A stretch of DNA of 64,000 nucleotides from Selaginella moellendorffii (Eukaryota > Plantae > Lycopodiophyta): positions 1,933,013 to 1,997,012 of the forward strand of contig NW_003314285.1 in the NCBI RefSeq assembly GCF_000143415.4. The letters run 5' to 3'. The notes beneath the pieces are model-generated. The model searched no databases. It was not told the origin of the DNA and worked only from the letters and a program-made list of their open reading frames with translations. A program made the position numbers and the translations under genes. Positions 1 to 9,893 of this stretch are shown piece after piece. How positions within the stretch are numbered: position 1 is the stretch's first letter; each line of letters starts with the position of its first letter.

Positions 1-3000
1 GTTGAGTTGGATTCGAGTGGTCATTTAGTTTGTGCTTGTCAATGAACTTTTATCTCATACCGAAGGTATCACGTTCATGTTGGACAAGTGTATGACTCGA
101 TGATGTGAGTTTAGTGTTTGGGTCTTGTAAAGACAAGTTGAAAGAGTGATTGTTAGTTGCTTTGCGACTAATGATTGCTTGTAGACTTTGTCAAAAGACT
201 ATTGACACTTGCTTCACTCGATGATGATTTAGCAATGATAGGTTTGCTTTACCGGATGGTGTTGCGGAGGATCGTGTCGTTAGACTTACATGGTTTTTCC
301 ATGTTGACATGTCGACTCTATCTCTGTCGATATCATTTGGTTGCATTTAGTTCGTGGTGTTGGATTTCATTGAGTCTTGGATGTGGTGACTCACTCCTTG
401 AGGAAGTGTTATCTGTAACTGAGTTTTGCTAAAGGATTGGTCTCGGTTACTAATTAAAGTATCTTCGACCTTGGTTAGCTTGGTTGCTGGAAAGCTCCGA
501 GTAGTGATTCACTCATGCTTTCTTCTAGCTTTGTTTTGGTGTTGATGGCATTGAAGTGATGCTTTGTCATTGACATTGTTGATATTGAGATCTGAGTGAA
601 ATGAGATATCCTTCCAAGGATTGATATTGAGTTTCATTAGTCTTGATGAATATAGTGTTGATGATTTGGCTATAGCTTTGTGTTGTTGGCATTCGTGCAT
701 TTGCTAGTTAGCAACTGTGTTGACGTTCAAACGAACTGAGTGGCAAGTTGAGTTAGTTGTGTTCTAGACGAGATTATTTAGTAGAGGGTTGAGCTTTAGC
801 TTTTCCTTGAAAAGTGATTTAGTCGTGGACTATGCTAACTCTACGAGAAGAAGAGTTAGTGATCAATATTAGAATGTTGAGTCCTTGCTAGATTTGAGTT
901 CGGAATATAGCAATCATTAATGATTCTTTTTGAGCTTGTTATGAAGTGAGTTACGTCTTGCTATAGATGGATTCATGGAGGATCGTTTGATGATCACTTG
1001 TTAAGCATAGCTTCGTTATGCTTAGCTTTTGGATTGATGTAGAAATGCTCTTCATTAGCTTTGGCATTATGAAGTTTGGCTTATGGATGTGTTGAGGAAG
1101 ATATTGTGGGTTGCACCATGATTTCTTCTTTAGCATTGAAGTTAGCTTCTATGAGACTCGTGATCATTATTAGGCAAGACTTAGTTATAGGCTTCTTCGA
1201 GCTTTTGGTTCTTGAGTTTTGTGCTCATTGTTCCATTTGTTAGAAGTTGTTGGGGAAGGCATTTTGGCTCATTAGCTTCGATGTTGAAGTTGGTTTTTGC
1301 ATCTGGCAATCATTGGTGATGATTGACTATCATCTAGGGTAGTTGATTGTCCTTATCACAAGTTTTGCTTGATTATTGTTGGTTTGGAATTATTTGCTAT
1401 TCTTCAGGATGGTAGATTCTTTCTTCAACGATGATTATACATCACTACATTGATGGGCTAATTGACGATCTTTCATGATAGTTGGTTGTTCTCTTTGATG
1501 GCTTTTGGCTTTTCGCAATACCACATGTTCTTTGTGGTTTGCTCTGGATTGGTCTCTTGGGTTTGAGACAGTAGGATGTTGTTGACACTTGCTTAGGCAA
1601 CTTGAGTTCCTTGGTGTTATTGGCTGGGATTTATCTGGATTGGCTAGTGCGATGATTGGCATGAACACTATATTTGTTTGCTTTGCAACATTCATTTTGT
1701 TCTGTTGATTATTGCTTGAGTTAGTTTTGATAGATTTGGATGTTATTTCCTTTGGGTGATACATTCGCGAGCATTTTGCTTGTCAATCAATGATACTTTG
1801 TGTTCTTTGAGTTATCTTTCGTAAGTTGTTTAGCATTCTGTCTGCAATCTTTAATAGTTAAACTTTATCATTGAGTTTCCTTGATGATCTACTTGCTATT
1901 GAATTTTGTTGGATGGTGATTCCTATGTTTACCAATTATGCTGATCTTGGTGGTTCTTGCACTATAATACTAGTTTATCGGATGATAACTTACTTGGAAT
2001 ACTTTTGTGTTCTAATTTAAAGCTTTATTCACTGATAATTCCATCTCTAAGATATCATTGTTTATGACTTTGATATAGTCCATATATATTGATCTTTGAG
2101 TTTGGGCCAGTATAGGCAGACTGGCTTCGGCACTTCGTGTGCATGGTGAAATCTCTAGTCATGGGGTAGCTACTGTCGACTGGTCACATAACCCGCCTCT
2201 CTGTCGATGTTCCTTATTCCGTGAAAGGGCGTGACCGTGTAAACAACTCTAAACTGCCTGTTGACAGTAGTCTATCTAAACCTTACCGACGGGTTTGGTT
2301 TCTTTGCTTAGGAGGGTTGGGGCCTCTGGCTTCTCTCTCTATGTTCCTGCGGGCAGGGGCATATCACACTTTTGTAAGCTGGGTGACTCCCAGAGCAGCA
2401 AGGGTGGCTGATTCCGTTGGTCATTTCCTTGTCGGCGACGGCTGGAAGGTGTCTGAGCTGGTAGCGCATCCGCGTTAGACAAAGAGGTTGCCCCCTTAAC
2501 TCATTTAAGTTGGTGCATTTCTCACATAGTGTGAGTACCGTGAACTTTTTCTGGAGTTGTTTCCTTGGCGGTATTCTAGACTCGAGTGTGCATCGACGAG
2601 GACGTCGATTTTCCCAAGGGGGGGAGAGTGTCGCGAATGTGACTTTGGGTATCGAAAGTTACCTGTCGGCCAGTCCTTATGGACACTCTTACCTTACTGC
2701 CACGACGGCAGGAGGTCGGTATTGCTAGACCCGTTATTAGTCTCCGCCTAAGCTAGTTGAGAAACTGGTCCTCGCGTGTGCACTTGACTAGATGGGCATA
2801 AGGATGGAATTCCTAAGTGCTATTAGTCAAGCATACTTGACCTGGTTAGAGAAACTCATTCGTTGACTTGCACTTGCTAGTGTTGGGAACCCCCGCGATA
2901 TTGAGCTTGGTCCCTCAACATCGCTAGATGATAGCTTACCGTGTCTGCCAAACACCCTCGCTATCATGCCCTTTGTGTTAGTCTCAATTTGTCCCAGATG

Positions 3001-3770
3001 CTATTTATGGAAAGTGTCCAGATTTGCTCATTTGGCATATCTACGGAATGTAGAGATCGGCCTGACCACAATGGTGTTCGTCCCGTGTCCAAATTCGCAA
3101 TCTAAGGACATTCCATATTTAGTAAGTTTCGAGCTTGTCCCAGAGACTAACTCCTAATACTAAGGGAGGCTTGGGGTGAAAGCCCAAAGCGTGTGTTCCT
3201 CAAGGGGGGGGGGCTATGGGGGGTTCCAAATGTATAGTAGGGATAGTGGGTAGGTCGGGCATGGCCGACCAACCTAAGGCATAGTCTAGCTCCCGCTTGC
3301 GTGCCTGTCCTTGTTCTGCGTCCGGCTTGGGTCTAAGCCCAAGTTCCATTCCATGCTAGCTGGTGGAGTACCCATATCCTCACATTAGGCCACCGGTATG
3401 CCGAAATAGCGCCAGACTCCGTTTGGCTCCGTTTTGCGTGCTGGTCCTGGCATTGGTATGCTGGTTGCTCCAGGACTGTTCCAAGTCGCTCCGGGCTCCT
3501 GTCCCTTCGCTCCTTGGGCTATATGCTCGGGAGTTGCTCCGTGGTCCGGTTCCATCACTCTTTGGCGTCACGCTTGGGAGTTTGGCACCGTTCCTTCGTT
3601 CAATGGCCCAAGGCCCTGAACCTCGGGTTCCTATGGACATGTGGCACAAACACGTGGTATATGACACGTGGCATCTGTCACGTGGCACAAAGAGGGTTTA
3701 GGTTCCGCTTCGTGGTGTTATCCTATGGTAAATCACCATAGGATAAAGGGTCAAAACCACGTGCGCTACA
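1..3770 (+). mobile_element. 3' part of an LTR retrotransposon of the same family as the chromovirus at 33266-40424; 5' end lies outside the window
   Basis: ~2090-2628 aligns by eye to the 3' UTR at ~38960-39495. PPT AAGGGGGGGAGAG at 2616-2628 precedes an LTR starting TGTCGCGAATGTGAC (2629) and ending GTGCGCTACA (3770). No pol coding is recognisable in 1-2090. Confidence 0.8.
2629..3770 (+). repeat. 3' LTR (1142 bp, TG...CA)
   Basis: Same start and end words as LTRs 33266-33982 and 39496-40424; the distal ~300 bp differ from those copies. Confidence 0.85.
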
Positions 3771-5559
3771 ATTACACAGGTTCAATTCCTATACATTCGT
3801 GGCCATTTAAAATATAATATACCCTTAAGCAAAGTACATTTGTACCTCTAAAATTGAAAATTATATATATTAAGCATCCATGAGTACATCCTTCATCTAT
3901 AAAGCATCACAAATGAAAGTATCCACAATAGGAATGTGGTATAAGTAGATACCAACCCTTATTGTGGTCAACACAATAAAAGAATTAATAAATTCAGTGT
4001 AGAAGTAGACCCTTTGACTCACAGTAAAGGTTGTTAGTTCTTGACATCTCTAAAGGGTGGGTAATAGTAGCATATGTAATCATGAAATGAAATTTAAAGA
4101 TATTATCACCATGAATCATTAGAACTTTAAAGGATAAATAAAGATAAAATAACCACTAAAAGCTCTTTTATTAAACAATTATCCATTTTTTAATTGGCTT
4201 AAGGGGAAAAAGATAATGTTAAAATCCTAAGGCAACTAACTAAAGATGTGATTATTTGTTTGTAAAATTTTTTCTTTATCCTATTATCCTAACTTAGTGT
4301 TTAACAATTCTCCCCTCACTAGGGAATGATCGTCCATAATCATATTTAGGGCACCCTTCAGTCACCATAGTCTTTCTTTTAGGGTTTACTAAACCTTGAT
4401 TCTCCTCTACTATGTTGAATATTCTTTCAAAATATTCTTACCCCACTTGTTAGCCATTAGGCTCCAATACCAATATTAAGATCCTATCTTTTATACTTTA
4501 AGCCAATTACACTTTTTCTTTATCTTATTATCTTAATTTAGTGCATGACAAAGAAAGTGTGTTACAAATTGACTTGTGCCCATTCCTTTCCAATGCACAT
4601 ATTAATGTGTGTTTTCCATTCTAAATTCTTTTTATGACTACAGGGTTGAGAGTTTTGTGCCAATACAAACGATACACACTTAGATACATGATTGACTATA
4701 GTGTGATAATTTATTAACTTGCTAGGCCTAAAAGTTTGTATCTTCTCATTAATATAAATGTTTCTTGCTTTAAATTTTAAAATGCACACAAGGTTATTCA
4801 TCTCATTTCTTTTGCAAAGCATTAGAAATTCGGGCATTGATATATTTATGTTTATATTGTTAGCATATATGTCATATTTGAGTGAGATTCCCTAAAATAC
4901 TTCACTAACAAAATATTCTATGCACTCTCACAAAATGAAAATAGCAAAATTACAAGGATGAATGCTTGACATTACTTTTGGGGTAAATGACTCAACTATG
5001 AGACTTGAAGTCACCTGTTACGAGACTTCCAACATGCATCCAATGCCAAAATAGCTGTTTGAAACTTTGCCACATTATCAACTCCTACTGTAAATACTCC
5101 TCCAGCTTCTTTGACTCCTTATGGCTTAAGCCATTTTCCAGTGTGATTAAGCTAGAGGATGACAGCCAGGATTTAGAACCAATGAGAAAAGCCTCAATTG
5201 AAGCTGCTGTTAAGGTGGACACTTCAAATTCACAATTCAAAGCTGGTTTTTGCTGGTGAGCAGCCCTCTTGACAACCATGGGAAAGTCAAGGAGAGCTCT
5301 AGACATTCAGAAGGGAAATTCCAACTCCTTTCTTGAACTCCAATATGCTCCTTTTTTGAACTTTAAACAGTTTGTTGCTAGTGAGTAGGATTTTCTTCGT
5401 GGCAAGCATTCTTGCATCTCCAACTTTCAACACTTTGATCCAGTTTAGAAGCAAGTTCTATTACAAAAGTATAATCAGCTAGACAAGCTGCCACCACCCT
5501 GAGTGAAAGAATAATAGGTTTTCTACATAATTACCAAAGAAATATTTGACATTTGAAAT

Positions 5560-5830
5560 TTTGAAAAAGTCCACGAGAAGAACCTGGAGCATTCGCGCTG
5601 CCGCGCCTGCGATCTTGCTGGCATTGTCAGTGCCGCAGTGACGTCGTCAATTCTAGCGTCAATCCATTGACAGCGCAGTATGAATCATGGCCGAGGATAG
5701 AGCAATCGCGAATGACGCCGAGCGCATCGAACAAACAGGCAACAACAGGAACCAATCGCTGTGGACCGAGGTTGACGACTGGGCGATGGTCACAAGTCCA
5801 CCAACTGGGAAGTGAGCCGAGCAGTATATT
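5560..5830 (-). pseudogene. Decayed duplicate of the last exon of the Hog/Hint gene
   Basis: Fragments SVHSDWF, LFDALG and LGHDSY match the intact gene's ASVHSEWFLDALFDALG...LGHDSY; frameshifts and deletions present. Confidence 0.8.
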
Positions 5831-5916
5831 CCCTGTATTAGCCATATAGTGGTACTCTGAATGCTTCCTGTCACCGCGCATTACAAGCATTCAAATATTT
5901 AAAACACTCATAGGCA

Positions 5917-7635
5917 CTACGCGAAATTCCGGGTCTTTTTGGTCAATCGCAGGGACGCAATTCCACTCGCCAGCAGCGCCGCCGCTGCAATTTTGCCGCC
6001 ATTTTCAGTGCCGAACTCGGCGACATTGATCCTGGCGTCGATCCATTTGTAGAGCGCGAGGTATGAATCATGGCCGAGGAGTGTGTAGAGCAATCGCGCC
6101 GGGGAGAGGATAGCCTGGTATGCTGCTGGGAGGTAAACAGTGAGGCCGAGCGCGTCAAACAGGGCATCCAGGAACCACTCGCTGTGGACCGAGGCAGCGA
6201 CTCCATTGACGACGATAGTTCCTTGGAGAGTCAATGGATTATAGAGGCCGGGCTTTGTAACGATCGAGATTCGTGTGACTGGGAATGGAGTCATGATCGA
6301 ATTGTTGGTGGGGGATGAAGCGGTCAACACATCTCCGACAAGAACGTCTTGCGCACGCTTGAATTCGACTCCACCTAGAAATGGTTCGTGAGCTTGGTGG
6401 AAAAAAAAGTGGTGGAAGGAAGAGATGACACACACCAGCTTTGAGCAGCGTTGGCACGAAATGCAGGCGCGAGAGCTCAAGGGTCTTTGAGTGAGATAGT
6501 TCCAGGTTGACGAAGTCACTCTTCTGCTCCAAGTCTCGGTGGCCGAAAGCATAGATTTCACTGAACTCGAGCCTCCCGTTCTTGAGCGTCCCAACCTTCA
6601 CGACACGACCAGAGGAAAAAGGTTTAGTGGAAGCGATGGATGATCAGGATAAATACCTTGTCACCGATTTGGAGCTGGCTCATCATCTTTGTCTCGCCCG
6701 TGGAAGTTTGCACCGTTGCATCCCCAGGGAAGCACGCACTCACGCAGCCAGCAGCCGCGCCAAGCTGAGCACTCACTCCCAAAACTCCAACGACGCAGAA
6801 AGGTGCCAATGGTCCCAGTCCCAAGCAACCTCCAACTCCCAACACTCCGGTGATTGCACCTCCGATTGCTCCTGCAAAAAGGAAGGAACGAGCTCAACGA
6901 GAAGAACATATGGATCATCCCGAGGGACCTTTCCCTGCTTCTTCTTTGCAGTCACCAAGCAAGAATCTTCGAGCTGCTTGGTGATCGCCAGAAGAGTTTG
7001 TGAGTGAAAGATGCTGCTCGAGTTCCAAGCGCTTCTTGTAGAGCCTGTCCACGTCACTGCCGGTCATGTACACACCACAGCCGCTCTTCTTAGCGTTGTT
7101 TGGGCAAACGATCTGGTAAGCATTCAGTGATTTTTGTTATTGCAAGATGGTCTATGGAGCTCGCTAAAACTTACAGCACTCTTGCGGCCATAGTTGTCTG
7201 TGAACACGAACTGTGTCCCGGATGAATCTGGAGCAGCACCACAGCCACCGGTTGCGACCACCTGGAGATAGTTTCCAGTCGTGAGCATGAGAAAGATCAA
7301 AGAAACAAAGGTACTTGTGTCTTGTTCTTTACCTTTAGCTTGAGGTTCTCGGTTCCTCCCCAGTCGCCACTTACCTTAGCAGTGTACTGGAGCCTTCCAG
7401 TTTTGACAATCATCTGGCAGATCTTGGTGATTGCGCTCGCAGGAACCGAGCCCCAAAGCAATGCGGGAGTCTTCGATGCGAGAAGAGATGTCGCGATCTG
7501 ATCGCCAGTAGTTCCAATGAAGGTGTTTGGCTTGCCTTTGGTGATCTTGGGAGTCGTGGCTTTGAAACTCACGTCTTGCGCATTGCAAACGCTGGAGATC
7601 ACAGCAAGAACAAGAAGAAATGAGACACTTTTCAT
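5917..7635 (-). CDS. Secreted Hog-domain (Hedgehog-type Hint + sterol-recognition-like region) precursor, ~468 aa, with an unrecognised N-terminal domain and a Gly-zipper peptide
   Basis: Hand-spliced GT-AG exons 7635-7333, 7261-7175, 7112-6929, 6871-6657, 6595-6436, 6374-5917 give 1407 nt in one open frame (an alternative exon 1 donor at 7315 keeps the frame). Signal peptide MKSVSFLLVLAVISSVCNA. Hint motifs A|CFPGDATV, MSQLQIGDKV, FSEIYAFGHRD, LELSRLHFV, AQDVLVGDVL, GLYNPLTLQGTIVVNGVAASVHS. SRR-like AYQAILSPARLLY and a hydrophobic C-terminal tail. Confidence 0.88.
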
Positions 7636-8009
7636 CCTTTCTCTCGTCTTTCTTTTTCTGTAGCTCTGAGCGCTTCTATGCTAGCTTGCAATCCTTATAC
7701 ATTCATTTCTTGTCGCACAGTAAACATAGTAACAAAACTTATAAAGAGAAGGATTTATTTAAGAATAAGGACCTTGACACTGTAGCTCTCACTTATCTGT
7801 AGGTCTTGTTCTTGTCGGTCTAAAGCTGAGGTATTGATGATCACTGCAAGAAACATTGAAGGTTTCATCACGGCCATAACGAACGGCCATCACGGCCATG
7901 GGCTTACTATTAATCCGTCAGTTTCGTACTTCTGGTACCCTGTAAATAGTTAATGAATGAATGAATGAGTCTACTCCTATCGCTGGAAAGAAAATGTTGA
8001 ATAGTATAT

Positions 8010-8560
8010 TCGAAATTTGAAACTTTGGAAAAGCTACTTCCTTTGGAGCAGCACTGCCGCGGCCGCGATCTTGCCGCGCCTAAGTGGGAGAGGTTGATTC
8101 TAGCGTCGATCCATTTGTAGAGTGCGAGGTATGAGTCGTGGCCAAGAGAGGATCTCCCAGGAGCGCGTCAAACAGGGCATCCAAATCGCTGTAGACGGAC
8201 GATCACTGGATTGAAGTGAAGATTTTGGACGAAATGAAAGTGAGAGAGCTCGAGGCTGACGAAATGGCTTGTTTGATCCGAGTCTCGGTGCCCGAAAGCG
8301 TAAATATCACTAAAAATTAGCCTCAAAATACCCGCTCCTGTTGCTTCTAGGATCGAAGGCTTTTGCTCGAGGCTGTCGCAGGAAGAGGTAACATTTGAGA
8401 TCAAGTCATGAGACCTTGATCCATTTCTTCTTGTTCTTTTTTCCCGGGAGAGTTTGTGAGTGACGTTCACGTCACTGCTGGTCAAGGTACACGCTACAGC
8501 CAGTTCGTCCAGCGTTCCTCGAACAGAGAGACGAGCATAAAACTTCTTCCGGACCATATT
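8010..8560 (-). pseudogene. Internally deleted tandem copy of the Hog/Hint gene
   Basis: IFSDIYAFGHRDSDQTSHFVSLELSH matches the Hint exon; 8440-8505 matches exon 3 nucleotides (GGCTGT.G.GTGTAC...CAGTGACGTG, TCACTCACAAACTCT); 8040-8200 matches the last exon. Confidence 0.8.
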
Positions 8561-8981
8561 GCGCGAAGAAATTTCTCTCCTTTGCTTGACGAAGAGTTCA
8601 TCTTCCACGTATTTTATGAATTCTTGAAGGCGATCACATGGTAAAGATCTGCAAAACTGTTCATCAGGTGTTTAAAAACGAAAGAATGCAATAAATATTA
8701 GAAGGATTCACCACTGGAACTCTGCCATTCATTGACCCTGCCCGTTTAGCGTCGAGGCATTGAACTGATTGATCCCGAGCTCGCAATTCGAAGGTAGAGA
8801 GTTTTAAAAGCGAGAAACAGTGATAAACTTCCGGTCGCTTGAAAGAGTTGTGGGAAAACCAAAATTTTTGGCCTATTGCACAGACAAAATCGGTATAGCT
8901 CTCCGGTCAGTTGATCGAGAGGAACAGGACCCTTTCTTTCTTTTCTTCTTTTCTTCTTTTCTAGTCGTCGTGCCAAAGCAG

Positions 8982-9401
8982 CTAGCTTGTTGGAGCTTGC
9001 GTTGACACGAGAGGAACAGGAAGAAACGCGCTAGTCGTGCACTTGTGATAAGTGACAGTAGCATCAACTTCGTTCGCCAAAGGCCGAGGAACCAAACGAA
9101 TCACTTCCGCTTTGACATTGCTCAGAGGATCCGGCCGCGGCGGCGCATTCTTTAGCATGAACTTCGCCAGATACTCCAATGGCCTTTGCGGTCTGCTAGA
9201 AACACGATAACAATACCCATGAAAAATCTCGTTGTTACCTCTGTAGCGTCAAGGCCTCGAGCCCCTGCGCCAAAACAGGTACCACATTGTTTTCCTGCCA
9301 AGAAAAATCGAAGCTTTGATCACAAACAAGAACCACACGGTGCTTACCAGATAGCAGCGCGTTGGCAGCGCCGTGACCTCCACCCTGGGCGGTTGCTCCA
9401 T
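8982..9401 (-). CDS. Dpy-30 motif protein (DPY30-like COMPASS subunit or flagellar DPY30-domain protein); 3' end uncertain
   Basis: Exons 9401-9348, 9294-9239, 9192 onward splice to MEQPPRVEVTALPTRCYLENNVVPVLAQGLEALTLQRPQRPLEYLAKFMLKN, matching the Dpy-30 consensus LPxRxYLxxxVVPxLxQGL...RPxxPxExLAxxxLKN. Confidence 0.8.
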
Positions 9402-9602
9402 TACGACTAAACGATGGTAAGCGTAGCGATTACCACCATCGTCGTTCAGCTGCAACGCTTGAACCAACGGCTGGAAATCGTCCTAGTCAGTTGACGTGGC
9501 AATGACGTGGCGAGCGATGCCATTTTATGCTGACGCAGCCCTACATTGTTTCGTGGCAACCTTTTAAGTGGAGTCCGCCACCTTGTGTGGAGGGGGATTA
9601 GG

Positions 9603-9676
9603 AGGGATGTAGCGCAGATAGGTAGCGCATTTGTTTCGGGAACAAAAGGCCGCAGGTTCAAATCCTGTCATCCCTA
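9603..9676 (+). tRNA. tRNA-Pro(CGG), plastid trnP-type body
   Basis: 74 nt cloverleaf: acceptor AGGGATG/CATCCCT, D stem GCGC/GCGC, anticodon arm TTTGT-TT[CGG]GA-ACAAA, T arm GCAGG-TTCAAAT-CCTGT, discriminator A. Confidence 0.92.
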
Positions 9677-9751
9677 TCGACGTTCGTTAAAAGAAACACT
9701 AAGAAAGTATAAAAGCCGAGGAACGAAAGAGGCATGCTGTGGAGCATACAT

Positions 9752-9825
9752 AGGGATGTAGCGCAGATAGGTAGCGCGTTTGTTTAGGGAACAAAAGGAC
9801 GCAGGTTCAAATCCTGTCATCCCTA
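9752..9825 (+). tRNA. tRNA-Pro(AGG), plastid trnP-type body
   Basis: Same 74 nt cloverleaf with 3 differences from the first copy; anticodon AGG at 9786-9788. Confidence 0.92.
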
Positions 9826-9832
9826 TAGGCTC

Positions 9833-9838
9833 TTTTTT
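9833..9838 (+). terminator. Putative RNA polymerase III terminator (T6)
   Basis: TTTTTT 7 nt after the second tRNA; no T4 run between the two tRNAs. Confidence 0.6.
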
Positions 9839-9893
9839 GTTCTGCCAGTGATCTTAGATACGTTTTCCATTTCTCTTTTTGGAGCTCGCGGCT

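Noticed and set aside
5000-5500. Short ORFs (73-84 aa) next to the Hog relic
   Set aside because: No recognisable family; interrupted by stops.
6375-6734. Hint domain as a self-splicing intein
   Set aside because: No C-terminal His-Asn + Cys/Ser/Thr splice junction; it has the Hedgehog-type terminal block followed by an SRR-like region.
9603-9825. Recent passive plastid DNA insertion (NUPT) or bacterial contamination
   Set aside because: Flanks are intron-containing nuclear genes, no neighbouring plastid genes are present, and the anticodons differ from plastid trnP.
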